From: Patescibacteria group bacterium
GTDB lineage: Bacteria; Patescibacteriota; Microgenomatia; UBA1400; UBA1449
Direction of reading: 5' to 3'
DNA: 64,000 nucleotides
NCBI GenBank assembly: GCA_050942955.1
Contig: JBMNOG010000001.1
Span: forward strand, 68,347 to 132,346
Under the pieces are notes generated by a model. The model worked only from the letters and a program-made list of their open reading frames with translations. It was not told where the DNA came from and ran no database searches. The number at the start of each line of letters is the position of its first letter. Position 1 is the first letter of the stretch. The translations under genes were made by a program, and so were the position numbers. Positions 50,457 to 60,314 of this stretch are shown here, in pieces.

Positions 50457-50816
50457 TCAAGCTTTCTTCTTATGCGGCTCTTCATACCCTTCTTTCGTCG
50501 CTCTCATTAGGATAGCCAGCTTCTTTTCATCAATATCTTCGGGAGCAAAGAATTTAAGGTGGCGCATGTACTCGCCTTTACCTTCAAGTTCGTCTTTATA
50601 CTTTTCCAGCATACTGTTAAACGCAAAGCCTAAATTAACGTGGTCTTTTAAACCAACCAGGTAAAACTTGCCTTCATACCAAGGCACCCCCATCTTCATT
50701 TCTTCGCTAATGCCAGGAATAGTTTTGAGAATAAGCTCCCGTAAGCTTTGCAAAATTTCTTTTTGCGGAGAAGAGTGTTTGGCAATGTATTCATCTACGG
50801 TTATGCCCATACTCAA
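50457..50816 (-). CDS. DUF1801 (YdhG-like) domain protein
   Basis: ITVDEYIAKHSSPQKEILQSLRELI...VPWYEGKFYLVGLKDHVNLGF. Confidence 0.6.
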   Translation of the reverse strand: MSMGITVDEYIAKHSSPQKEILQSLRELILKTIPGISEEMKMGVPWYEGKFYLVGLKDHVNLGFAFNSMLEKYKDELEGKGEYMRHLKFFAPEDIDEKKLAILMRATKEGYEEPHKKKA

Positions 50817-50847
50817 ATTCTAGCAAACTAGCAACAAAAAGGTACCA

Positions 50848-51045
50848 TCACTCTTTATCAAATATAAACAGGTCATCAATGGTTGCTCCCAAAACTCTCG
50901 CTACATCATGGGCAAGTTTCAGAGATGGGTTGTACTTGCCTTTTTCCAAGAAAACAATCGTTTCGCGCCGCACTCCGACTTTGTCTGCCAACTCTTCCTG
51001 CGTTAATTCGTTTTTGGCTCGGTATTCTTTAATTCGTGTCTTCAT
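50848..51045 (-). CDS. XRE-family helix-turn-helix transcriptional regulator
   Basis: [47 protein letters not shown]. Confidence 0.85.
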   Translation of the reverse strand: MKTRIKEYRAKNELTQEELADKVGVRRETIVFLEKGKYNPSLKLAHDVARVLGATIDDLFIFDKE

Positions 51046-51049
51046 AGGC

Positions 51050-51433
51050 TTAAATATCCTCTTTTTTACTAAAGTAAAACTGAAAAAGACTGCCTGAAAA
51101 AGCCATAAAAAACATAATGATACTTAAAACCGTTTGAGCAGTCATAGTAACTACATTTAAGCTAATCATCCAAACTAAAACCCCAACCAGCATAAACGTG
51201 CCTGTCCACGAATAAGCTAACCCTTTTGTCCCGATTTTTATTGTCCTCTCGTCCTTAATCACTTTTCCTTTATAACGAAAGTGGTAGAAAAGAGAAAAGC
51301 CAATGACAATTATGCCGGCATTAACCAGTGAAATACCAACCTGCTTATCTACGTTTTCAACAGCTAATAATGCTGCTCCAATAATTAACAGAATAACTCT
51401 AATCACTACTCTAGCTAGAAATGGTTTTTTCAT
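51050..51433 (-). CDS. Small 4-TM membrane protein, operonic with the XRE regulator
   Basis: Four hydrophobic helices. It starts 5 nt after the regulator ends. Confidence 0.45.
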   Translation of the reverse strand: MKKPFLARVVIRVILLIIGAALLAVENVDKQVGISLVNAGIIVIGFSLFYHFRYKGKVIKDERTIKIGTKGLAYSWTGTFMLVGVLVWMISLNVVTMTAQTVLSIIMFFMAFSGSLFQFYFSKKEDI

Positions 51434-51574
51434 AGTTCCTCCTTAAATTTCTTTATTTTGTAAATACATATTTGACAATGCTTTTGCAGAAAGTCCTGTA
51501 AAAAGGGGAGCAATAAGTAGCCAAACAATATCATGATCAGCTACGTTTAAATTAGTTGCAGTAAGATACACAAG

Positions 51575-51871
51575 TTACAGAGCGAGCGTTGTTACCATTG
51601 TCCAGGAAGCATTACGTTCAGCAATGGCTTCGATTTTTATCTCTCTTTCGTCAAGTTTCATGCTGGCCATAATGTGAAGAAAGTCAGCCAGAAATACTAT
51701 CGCCAGCAAAGCGGTTGCGGCCACTCTTAGCAGTGGTTTATTAAGTAATTCCTGGATAATCACAAATAAACCCACAGCAGCTGCAATATATATCCAACCC
51801 TGCCAAGTTACAAGTGTAAGACCCCATCCTGTATATTTCCTTCTGATAAACCAACCAGGTTTGCCGATCAT
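51575..51871 (-). CDS. Hypothetical small membrane protein
   Basis: Two or three hydrophobic segments. Confidence 0.35.
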   Translation of the reverse strand: MIGKPGWFIRRKYTGWGLTLVTWQGWIYIAAAVGLFVIIQELLNKPLLRVAATALLAIVFLADFLHIMASMKLDEREIKIEAIAERNASWTMVTTLAL

Positions 51872-52216
51872 ACATTCTCCTTTAAAAAATGTTAGATATA
51901 TATAACTCTATGTTAGAAATATATCACACTAACTTAATACGTGCAATAGTCTGAAGATGATAAGTTTCAAGCATTAAGAAACACTCTTAAGTTCTTGAAG
52001 TTATGTAAGTTGGGAAAACTTAAGAAGACTTACTCGCTAAAGGGTGCAAACCTGAAGTTGGGACCGCCGAAAAGCGGCGTAAAAGTGTAGAGAATAATGA
52101 GGATAGCGGCAATAAAAATAAGCCAGCCGACCAGCCCCATCCCCTTTTCTTTATCATTAATCATAGTTCTTCCCTCCTTTCTAACTTAAAGTAAGTATAT
52201 TTCCGGAAATAGTTTT

Positions 52217-52651
52217 TTAGACACTCCACCCTTTTCTTTCCAGTTCATCAATAAAAATCTCAGCTGTTTTGGGGCCGATACCCTTAAACTCCTGCAAGCG
52301 CTGGCTCAATGTACTTCGGTTGCCGGACTCTTTCACTAGTTCAAGCACTGAGCCATACTCATTTTTGAGTTTTTCCATAATTTCAAGTAGCTTTGTAGCG
52401 GTTGATTCGTCGTAGCGAACATAGTGCCCTCTATCCAAAACCTTCACCAACCTATCCCAGCCAGCATCCAAAATTGCTTGAGGTGTAACCAACCCCTCTT
52501 TTTCAAACTCAAAGTAAGTTCTCTTCACTACCTGCTGCTGAATTGGTTTTCCAAATAGCAAACTTGCTAAAAACCATTTAAACAACTCCGTTTCATCTTT
52601 AGACTTCAGTTGAATCTTTAAATCATCCGAATCAACATTGCCATCATGCAT
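52217..52651 (-). CDS. Hypothetical protein with a C-terminal helix-hairpin-helix motif
   Basis: FKGIGPKTAEIFIDEL (GIGxKTA HhH). No catalytic loop follows. Confidence 0.4.
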   Translation of the reverse strand: MHDGNVDSDDLKIQLKSKDETELFKWFLASLLFGKPIQQQVVKRTYFEFEKEGLVTPQAILDAGWDRLVKVLDRGHYVRYDESTATKLLEIMEKLKNEYGSVLELVKESGNRSTLSQRLQEFKGIGPKTAEIFIDELERKGWSV

Positions 52652-52655
52652 AAAG

Positions 52656-53306
52656 TTACAAGTATTTTAAAAACCAATCACTAGCTTTACTAGCCACCTG
52701 CCCCAAAGCTCCGGGTTCTTCAAAAAGGTGTGTTGCTCCGGGAATAATTGCCAGCTGCGTGAACTTGGCATTCGTCATACGATTCATCGCCTCTTCGTTT
52801 AGCTTGATTACCTCTCTGTCTTCTTCTCCGACTACGAACAATACAGGCGCTTCTACATCTTTTAAAGCATCTCCTGCTAAGTCCGGCCGGCCGCCTCGCG
52901 AAACTATGGTCTGGACATTCTTTGGTAGCCGGGCAGCCGCTACCAAAGCTGCAGCTGCACCTGTGCTAGCACCGAAGTACCCCACAGGTAAATCCTGTGT
53001 ATTAGGGTGAGTTTTAGTAAAGTGAGTAGCATACACAAGCCTTTCTGCCAGAAGGTCAATATTAAAGCGGTACTCCCTCGTCACTTCGTCTTCAATTTCT
53101 TCCTCTTCTGTTAGAAGATCAATGAGTAATGTAGAAAGACCGCGGCTATTAAGCTTTTCCGCCACAAACCGATTGCGCGGGCTAAATCTGCCGCTGCCAC
53201 TGCCGTGGGCAAAGATAACAATGCCGGAGGTGTCTGGCGGTATGCTCAAACTACCATTTATAGAGACATCTCCGGCCTTAATTTCAAAGTCATAGGATTT
53301 ATCCAT
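52656..53306 (-). CDS. Dienelactone-hydrolase-family alpha/beta hydrolase
   Basis: VIFAHGSGSGRFSPRNRF...GYFGASTGAAAALVAAA...VVGEEDREV...GATHLFEEPG. Confidence 0.75.
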   Translation of the reverse strand: MDKSYDFEIKAGDVSINGSLSIPPDTSGIVIFAHGSGSGRFSPRNRFVAEKLNSRGLSTLLIDLLTEEEEIEDEVTREYRFNIDLLAERLVYATHFTKTHPNTQDLPVGYFGASTGAAAALVAAARLPKNVQTIVSRGGRPDLAGDALKDVEAPVLFVVGEEDREVIKLNEEAMNRMTNAKFTQLAIIPGATHLFEEPGALGQVASKASDWFLKYL

Positions 53307-53350
53307 AACCGATTATGGCATTCTTTTACCTGCTCAGGTGTAAGCCGCCC

Positions 53351-53716
53351 TCAAAGTTTATCCAGGATTTTCTCAATCACAGTCTTATCCTCTTTTTTCT
53401 CTTTACGTTTCTCTTCCCAGTGTTCTTCGCGCTGGGCTTTGGCCTCGCCATGCTTTGTTCCCATCGGCCTTTGGGTCATATGCTCTTTTACCATATCATA
53501 AGCTTCGTGAGGATCATTCGTAAACTCCACTCCCTTATCCTCTAGCCTTGCGATATCATCTGCCATTTGGTGGGCTTCCTCTTTAGTCACATGCCAAAGT
53601 TCCTCTCCCTTATCCCGGGCAAATTGCGCCAGCTCCCCCCAGCTTCTTGCATGGGTGTGTTTGTAAAGCTGCTCCATGTCTGAAGCATCATATGCTCTGT
53701 CTGCCATAGTGCTCAC
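53351..53716 (-). CDS. Hypothetical charged protein (Glu/Lys/His-rich)
   Basis: ORF only. Confidence 0.35.
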   Translation of the reverse strand: MSTMADRAYDASDMEQLYKHTHARSWGELAQFARDKGEELWHVTKEEAHQMADDIARLEDKGVEFTNDPHEAYDMVKEHMTQRPMGTKHGEAKAQREEHWEEKRKEKKEDKTVIEKILDKL

Positions 53717-54522
53717 CTCCTTACTATTTTGATAACAGGAAAACTATAAAATCTCCCTATAAGTGCCAGGTAAAGGGTATGTAAGAATGTGGTGAGGGGA
53801 ATTTCCAATTTAGAATGTTGCAATGAGCAATTAGTTATCAATGAATAGTGGGAAAAGTGACTCAGTAATAGGTAACTGGTAAAGGGTAAGAGGTAAAAAG
53901 AAGCGAGTGTCAAGTGCTGAGCACTAGGGGATAGGGTATAACTTCTCTTTTCTTTTCCGTAAAGAAAAGAGGGAAAATCCCCGCTTTGAAATAAAAAATA
54001 GGAAAGCACCCAATTTTTTCTTACTTGCCTAAGAAAAGAAGGACACCATTATTAGCCTGTTTGCCTGTACCTTTCACTCAAAAAGATGAGGAACATCCTT
54101 CCAAAATTTCTCTTCGCTCAGTTTCGGCTTTCCTACCATTTTTCGTTCAAGCTACCTTGCTGACAGACTAAAAAAGGTAGGGCTTAAATATTTGAAATAG
54201 ACTAGTTACATGAGGAGTCCCTCCTTTAAATATAAAGGCTCCCTTCTTTCTACCCTGCACTTCACACTTCACACTTTCTTGCGCTTGTTTCACTTGCTGA
54301 ATCTCTCGAAAAGCACTAGATGAAAAATAGTATCACTCTAAGCTCTTTCTACTTTCTACTTAATTTTTACTACTTGCTTCAGGTTTTTTATATTGTTCAT
54401 TGTTCATTGCCCCATTGTAAATTGAAAGTTTCCCCCTTACCCCCCTCTTACACAACACTAAGAAACCTCACACATTTTACCCATATCCTTAAACAGGTTA
54501 GTTAGATAGATGGAGAATTCAT

Positions 54523-56934
54523 ATGGCAAAAAACAACCATGAACTTTCAGTAGACAAACTTCGGCGGGAATGTGATCCAAAAATTTTCAAGTTTAAAGAT
54601 ACAAGCGAACTGGAGACGCTTGACGGTATTATCGGGCAAGAGCGGGCGGTCCGGGCTATGGATTTTGGCGTGGATATTAAGAGCCCCGGATACAACGTTT
54701 TTGCCCTAGGCAGAACCAGTACAGGTAAGCGTACAACTGTCAAAAAACTTCTGGAGAAAAAAGCAGCCAAAAATCCTACTCCTTCTGATTGGTGCTATGT
54801 CAATAATTTTGATGACACGGAAAAACCCAAGGCTTTAAAACTTCCGGCCGGCAAAGGCTGCCAGTTAAAAGACGATATGCAGGAGCTGGTTAAAGCTTTG
54901 AAGGATGAGGTGCCCGAGGCCTTTGAGAGTAAAGAGTATCAGGAAGAAGTCGAAAAAATCAAACAAAACTTACGGGAAAAGCGTGAAAATGCCTTGAACA
55001 ATTTTAAAAAGGAGGCAGAGAACAAAAACTTTACCATGATCACCACTTCCCAGGGTGTGGCTCTGGTCCCCAAGTTTGAGGATAAAGAAGGCAGTTTAAG
55101 CACGCTTTTGCAAGGATTGGGAGGTAGCCAGCACAGAGACGATGGGGAAAGCAAAAAACAGCTCGAAGCCAAGTTCTCTGAGACTATGCAGGAAATGGAA
55201 GATGTCCAACAGCGGGCAAAAGACAAAATTAAAGACCTTGATAAGCGGACACTAACCTTTACCGTTGACCCTCTTCTTAATAGATTAAAAAAGAAGTATA
55301 AAGACTACAACAAAGTCATTGAATTCTTGAACGCAGTTCAGAATGATATTTTGGAAAACTCTGAACAGTTTAAAAAAGCCAAGCAAATGGAAAGCTTGAA
55401 AGGTACTTCTTGGGAGCAGCTTCTGCAGTCTTCATTGCCTTCATTTGACCAGTACGAAGTAAATTTAATCGTTGATAATTGCGATACTGAAGGTGCTCCG
55501 GTTGTTATTGAAAGTAACCCTACATATCAAAATCTGGTAGGTAAAGTTGAGTATGAAGCACGACTAGGAGCGCTGATTACTAACTTTGGCAACATTAGAG
55601 CTGGAGCCCTACACAAAGCTAATGGCGGCTACCTAATGGTTGAGGCACGCAAACTTCTCACAAAACCATTTTCCTGGGAAGCACTTAAACGGGTTTTGCA
55701 GGATGGAGAAATTAGAATTGAGCAGGTCGCAACCAGTTATCAGGCATTTGTTGCCAAAACCCTGCAGCCTGAACCGATTCCCCTTAATGTTAAAGTCGTT
55801 ATAACCGGCGATCCTCTCCTCTACTATCTTCTCTACATTTATGACAAAGATTTTCAGAAGATGTTTAAGGTTAAAGTCGATTTTTCCATACAGACTGACT
55901 GGAAAGATGACACTGTGCAAAAGTACGCCCAATTTATCGGCACTATTTGCGAGAATGAAAACCTGAAACATTTCACCCCCTCAGGAGTAGCTCAGGTAGT
56001 TGAAGAGGCAAGTAGGATTGTTTCTGACCAAGGGAAACTGGCTACCAAGTTCGGAGAACTGCAAGATGTTATCAGAGAATCAAGCTATTGGGCTACAAAA
56101 AACGGCAACGGCACAGTCCAAGGTAAGGATGTTCAAAAAGCCCTTGATGAGAAAATTTACCGCTCCAATAAAATTGAAGAACGCTTACAGGAAATGATTG
56201 ATGAAGGCACGATCCTAATAGATACTGAAGGTGAAGTAACCGGTCAGGTGAACGGCATTTCAGTTTTAACCTTAGGAGACTACAGCTTCGGCAAGCCTTC
56301 CAGGATTACTGCCCGTACCTATGTCGGTAAGGAGGGTGTGGTGAACATTGACCGGGAGACTGAGCTCGGCGGCCGCATCCATAACAAAGGTGTTCTCATT
56401 CTCACCGGTTACCTGGGCGGCAAGTATGCTCAGGAAGTACCGCTTTCACTTGGAGCGTCTATCGCTTTTGAGCAGCTGTATGAGGAAGTTGAGGGCGACA
56501 GCGCTTCTTCAGCTGAACTCTATACCCTGCTCTCAAGTTTGTCGGGCTACCCCATTAAACAAGACTTTGCCGTAACCGGCTCAGTAAACCAACATGGACA
56601 GGTTCAGGCAATTGGCGGAGTCAATGAAAAAATCGAGGGCTACTTTAGGGTATGCAAGCTCAAGGGCTTAACGGGAAAGCAAGGAGTAGTTATCCCCCAA
56701 AGTAATGTTAAAAACCTAATGCTCAATGAAGAAGTAATTGGGGCAGTCAAAAAGGGGAGGTTCCATATCCATGCAATCAAAACTGTTAACGAAGGCATTG
56801 AGATTCTTACCGGCAAGCCAGCCGGAGAATTGGAAAATGGCTCGTATCCTAAAAACACCGTTAACTGGGCAGTACAGGAAAAACTGAAAGCGTTAGCAGA
56901 AAAAGGCAAGGAGTTTCGTAAAAGCGAGGTTTAG
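54523..56934 (+). CDS. Lon-like protease, COG1067/LonB-LonC type. It has an AAA+-like domain with a degenerate Walker A and a C-terminal S16 protease with an intact Ser-Lys dyad
   Basis: IIGQERAVRAM...GYNVFALGRTSTGKRTT (GxxxxGK then R instead of S/T) ...AGALHKANGGYLMVEA... and the protease block GDSASSAELYTLL...VTGSVNQHGQVQAIGGVNEKIEG. Confidence 0.8.
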   Translation: MAKNNHELSVDKLRRECDPKIFKFKDTSELETLDGIIGQERAVRAMDFGVDIKSPGYNVFALGRTSTGKRTTVKKLLEKKAAKNPTPSDWCYVNNFDDTEKPKALKLPAGKGCQLKDDMQELVKALKDEVPEAFESKEYQEEVEKIKQNLREKRENALNNFKKEAENKNFTMITTSQGVALVPKFEDKEGSLSTLLQGLGGSQHRDDGESKKQLEAKFSETMQEMEDVQQRAKDKIKDLDKRTLTFTVDPLLNRLKKKYKDYNKVIEFLNAVQNDILENSEQFKKAKQMESLKGTSWEQLLQSSLPSFDQYEVNLIVDNCDTEGAPVVIESNPTYQNLVGKVEYEARLGALITNFGNIRAGALHKANGGYLMVEARKLLTKPFSWEALKRVLQDGEIRIEQVATSYQAFVAKTLQPEPIPLNVKVVITGDPLLYYLLYIYDKDFQKMFKVKVDFSIQTDWKDDTVQKYAQFIGTICENENLKHFTPSGVAQVVEEASRIVSDQGKLATKFGELQDVIRESSYWATKNGNGTVQGKDVQKALDEKIYRSNKIEERLQEMIDEGTILIDTEGEVTGQVNGISVLTLGDYSFGKPSRITARTYVGKEGVVNIDRETELGGRIHNKGVLILTGYLGGKYAQEVPLSLGASIAFEQLYEEVEGDSASSAELYTLLSSLSGYPIKQDFAVTGSVNQHGQVQAIGGVNEKIEGYFRVCKLKGLTGKQGVVIPQSNVKNLMLNEEVIGAVKKGRFHIHAIKTVNEGIEILTGKPAGELENGSYPKNTVNWAVQEKLKALAEKGKEFRKSEV

Positions 56935-56956
56935 GTGGCTTATATAAAGGAGGTAT

Positions 56957-57946
56957 GTGAGACTGGCACTTATTGGCGATGTCATGCTGGGGCGGCTTGT
57001 TAATGACGCTTTAAAAACTGAGCCGCCTCCTTATCCTTGGGGCAACACATTGCATGTCCTCAAAACCGCTGATTTTAGACTTTGCAACCTCGAGACTGCC
57101 ATAACTGACAAAGGTAATCCTTGGTCAGCAACTCCAAAGGTATTCCATTTCCGTACAGACCCCATAAACGTCGGTGTCCTTACCGCCGCTTCGATCAGCC
57201 AAGTGTGTCTGGCAAACAATCACATTCTTGACTACGAGTTCGAGGGTATGTTCCAGACTATAGAGATTTTAAAGGAAAATGGTGTCAATTTTGCCGGAGC
57301 AGGTGAAGACTTAACTGCCGCTTCTATGCCGGCAGTATCAGAAGTTAAAAGATTAAAAATTGGTCTCATTTCTTTTACCGACAATGAGCCTGTCTGGGAA
57401 GCAACTAATGAAAGACCAGGGGTCTTCTATGTACCTATTGATCTTGGAGATAACAGGACAAGGCATCTCCTGGAAACAGTTGAGAAAGCCAGGGAGATAG
57501 TAGATTTACTTATTGTTTCGCCCCACTGGGGGCCTAACTGGGGCTATGATCCTCCTCCTGAACACAAGTATCTTGCCCACGCTCTACTTGATCATGGAGC
57601 TGACATAGTTTTCGGACACTCGGCACACATCTTTAGAGGAATTGAGCTTTATAAAGGCAAACCGATTTTCTATAATGCCGGTGACTTTGTGAATGATTAC
57701 TCAATTGATGAGATGGAAAGGAACGACCAGGGATTTATTTATATACTTGAGACAGAGGACACCCGAGTTTCCAGCATCACCCTTTACCCCACTCTTATTC
57801 GCGAATTTCAAGTAGTTTTAGCCAGAGAATTTGAAGCCAGAGAAATCACTGAAAAAATGGCACAGCTCTGTCTTGACTTTAATACACCCTCACTTTTCAA
57901 TCCCACCCTACAAACTCTGGAAATCCCTATAACAAGTACTGCATAA
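56957..57946 (+). CDS. CapA-family (PGA_cap) metallophosphatase-like protein
   Basis: MRLALIGDVMLGR...ANNHILDY...AGAG...IVSPHWGPN...FGHSAH. Confidence 0.7.
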   Translation: MRLALIGDVMLGRLVNDALKTEPPPYPWGNTLHVLKTADFRLCNLETAITDKGNPWSATPKVFHFRTDPINVGVLTAASISQVCLANNHILDYEFEGMFQTIEILKENGVNFAGAGEDLTAASMPAVSEVKRLKIGLISFTDNEPVWEATNERPGVFYVPIDLGDNRTRHLLETVEKAREIVDLLIVSPHWGPNWGYDPPPEHKYLAHALLDHGADIVFGHSAHIFRGIELYKGKPIFYNAGDFVNDYSIDEMERNDQGFIYILETEDTRVSSITLYPTLIREFQVVLAREFEAREITEKMAQLCLDFNTPSLFNPTLQTLEIPITSTA

Positions 57947-57977
57947 AAGCCTAGGCAGAAGATACAATATCTGCAAT

Positions 57978-58511
57978 ATGAAGATCGGGGTAATTTCAGA
58001 TACTCATAGTAATATGCCTTGCATGCAGGCAGCTGTAAAACTTCTCTTAGACAGAGACGTTAGCCTAGTTGTTCATTTAGGTGATTGGTCATCTGTGTAT
58101 GCTTTTCAGTTCTTATTCCAGGAACTAAAAAAGCATAACCTTCCTCTTAAAGGAGTGCTGGGTAATAACGATGCTTCACTGGAAAATCAGCTCCTGGAAA
58201 ATGATCGCCTGGGTTCAGACTCTCTGGAACTGCAGCGAGAACTGCTGACTTTTACCCTGGAGGGTCGAAACCTAGCCGCTACTCACGGAGATAACTACAA
58301 GCTTTTAAGAAACCTTATCCAAAGTAGTATGTATGATGCCATTTTTTACGGCCATACCCACAGGGCTAAAAAGGAAGTAGTAGGAAAGACTCTGGTTGTT
58401 AACCCCGGCTCAACAACGTTCTCTGTCCCCTGCTCTCAAAAACTCAAATCTTTGGCTATTTACGACACGAAAAGCAATTCTATAGACATAGAAACATTTA
58501 CTATTGATTAA
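57978..58511 (+). CDS. YfcE/MJ0936-family metallophosphoesterase
   Basis: MKIGVISDTHSN...HLGDW...GNND...THGD...GHTHR... Confidence 0.8.
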   Translation: MKIGVISDTHSNMPCMQAAVKLLLDRDVSLVVHLGDWSSVYAFQFLFQELKKHNLPLKGVLGNNDASLENQLLENDRLGSDSLELQRELLTFTLEGRNLAATHGDNYKLLRNLIQSSMYDAIFYGHTHRAKKEVVGKTLVVNPGSTTFSVPCSQKLKSLAIYDTKSNSIDIETFTID

Positions 58512-58623
58512 GCCAATTTCTAAAAGACGACTAACTTTCTTACTCTCCTCTTTCCCAGCTCTCACAGTGTTATGAGGATACTTATCTATATCTGTTGTAA
58601 CTAAAAATTATAGGGAGGTAATT

Positions 58624-59199
58624 ATGCTCAGAAATTTCATGCAAAGAGGTATCTCTACAATAACCATTATTCTTATCATTGCTGCCGTAATTATTTTAGG
58701 TTGGATTTTTTTTAGCGAAAGTAATGTTTTAGATCAACGTGAACCAACTGGCGAAGTCACAGTAAATAACATTGTTGACAATCCAGAAAGCTACTACGGC
58801 CAGGAAGTAAGTGTTGTCGGTGAGGTTGCTGATGTAAGAAACCCGAGAGTCTTTGTTCTCCAAGGCAAAGAAGATCTTATTGACGATAAGATTTGGATAA
58901 TAACTCGCAGTCCTATACCGGATTTTGAAGAAAGAGTCGAAGGAGAATTATTTGAGAGCGACAGTCCGGTCCAGGTAGTCGGAACTGTGAGGCGGTTTAT
59001 TGTTACCGAAGTTGAACAAGAAGTAGAATTTGACCTTGACCCAGATATAGAAGCAGAGGCAAATGCGAATAGACCAGTTATTATCGCCGACAGAGTACTT
59101 ATTCTTGAGGAAGTTACCCCTCCTGCCGCAACACCTGAGGTTACTCCGGAAACAGTTACACCTGAGGCTACCTCAGATGGGGTTCTGGAGTTTGAGTGA
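58624..59199 (+). CDS. Hypothetical membrane-anchored protein (it ends with TGA, used here as a normal stop)
   Basis: N-terminal TM helix. Acidic body with a TPE-repeat tail. Confidence 0.35.
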   Translation: MLRNFMQRGISTITIILIIAAVIILGWIFFSESNVLDQREPTGEVTVNNIVDNPESYYGQEVSVVGEVADVRNPRVFVLQGKEDLIDDKIWIITRSPIPDFEERVEGELFESDSPVQVVGTVRRFIVTEVEQEVEFDLDPDIEAEANANRPVIIADRVLILEEVTPPAATPEVTPETVTPEATSDGVLEFE

Positions 59200-59202
59200 G
59201 AT

Positions 59203-59643
59203 ATGCAGATAACCAGTCCGGCTTTTAGTAATAACGGAGATATTCCCCAGCGTTATACCTGCGACGGCCAGGACATCAACCCTCCCCTTTCACTTTCAGA
59301 CATACCTGAGGAGGCAGAGAGCTTGGTTATAACTGTAACTGATCCAGATACGCCAGGTAAAACCTGGGTTCACTGGGTGGTATTTAACATTAGTCCTGAT
59401 GTAAAAGAAGTGGAAGAAGACAGTGTCCCTGAAGGAGGCATTCTAGGCAGTAACGATTTTGGACAAACAGAATACGGAGGTCCCTGTCCACCCTCCGGAG
59501 AAACACATCACTACTTTTTTACAGTGTATGCCATTTATATAAAAACTACCTTGGAAGAAGGTGTTGTGTTTGACGAAGTTATGGAGACAATTGAAGATAA
59601 TATTATTGACTCAGCAGAACTTGTGGGAACATACAGAAGGTAA
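59203..59643 (+). CDS. YbhB/YbcL-family PEBP (Raf-kinase-inhibitor-like) protein
   Basis: MQITSPAFSNNGDIPQRYTCDGQDINPPL...DPDTPGKTWVHWVVFNI...GPCPPSGETHHYFFTVYA. Confidence 0.85.
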   Translation: MQITSPAFSNNGDIPQRYTCDGQDINPPLSLSDIPEEAESLVITVTDPDTPGKTWVHWVVFNISPDVKEVEEDSVPEGGILGSNDFGQTEYGGPCPPSGETHHYFFTVYAIYIKTTLEEGVVFDEVMETIEDNIIDSAELVGTYRR

Positions 59644-59696
59644 CTATTACATCTTCACCTCCTCTATCATTTTCTGCAGTTTAAGCTTCCTGATAG

Positions 59697-60203
59697 TCAT
59701 GTTTTTGAAATTACCTCAGCTTCTTCAAGTCCATATTTTTTCAGAATTTCAAGAGCTGAAGTTTCCATGTTGCCATCAGCAATTATAGAGATAAATGTCT
59801 CCCCTCGTTTTACCCTCTTTTCGTAATTTTTAGCAAGAGACTCAGAAAAACCGGCACTCACCAGAGCAAGCATAAGCCCTCCTCCCAAGGCTCCTAATAC
59901 ACCTCCACTAACTCCCCGACTTCTAATCATTGGTCCGGCAGCATGAACAAGACCAATACCCGGAACAATCACCAAACGCATCGCCAAATCCTTAAGCGTC
60001 CCTCCTACTGTACTGGAGGTTGCTTCTGCTGTTCCACCTTTACTTCCTTGAAGTACAGCCAGTCCTGTATCTTTCCTAGACTCTTCTTCTGGGGTTAGCA
60101 ACGAAACACTATCAATAGCAGTATAGCCGCTATTTTTTAACTCAGAAACTGCCTGACTAGCTAACTCCTTGTTTTTGAATGTTCCGGCAATCATGTGAGA
60201 CAT
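59697..60203 (-). CDS. General-stress-protein YflT-like N-terminal domain plus a glycine-zipper membrane segment
   Basis: MIAGTFKNKELASQAVSELKNSGYTAIDSVSLL resembles YflT/GSP17M. The G-rich middle reads GVSGGVLGALGGGLMLALVSAG. Confidence 0.5.
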   Translation of the reverse strand: MSHMIAGTFKNKELASQAVSELKNSGYTAIDSVSLLTPEEESRKDTGLAVLQGSKGGTAEATSSTVGGTLKDLAMRLVIVPGIGLVHAAGPMIRSRGVSGGVLGALGGGLMLALVSAGFSESLAKNYEKRVKRGETFISIIADGNMETSALEILKKYGLEEAEVISKT

Positions 60204-60314
60204 ATGTTCACTCCTCTTTTGTATACATTTATAAAATACTAGGTGATTACTGTAAAAACGCTATGTAAGAAAAATGCTAATACTATGTAAAGGTTAGGTA
60301 AGAAGTCTTTCTTG

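Noticed and set aside
52033-52167. 44-aa hydrophobic minus-strand ORF (MINDKEKGMGLVGWLIFIAAILIILYTFTPLFGGPNFRFAPFSE)
   Set aside because: It is plausible as a small membrane protein but too short to support without conservation. It is mentioned in a finding rather than listed as a feature.
53913-53925. Calling the AGTGCT-g-AGCACT palindrome a CIRCE/HrcA operator
   Set aside because: Canonical CIRCE has a 9-nt spacer and extended TTAGCACTC arms. Only the core hexamers match, so I report it as an unexplained palindrome instead.
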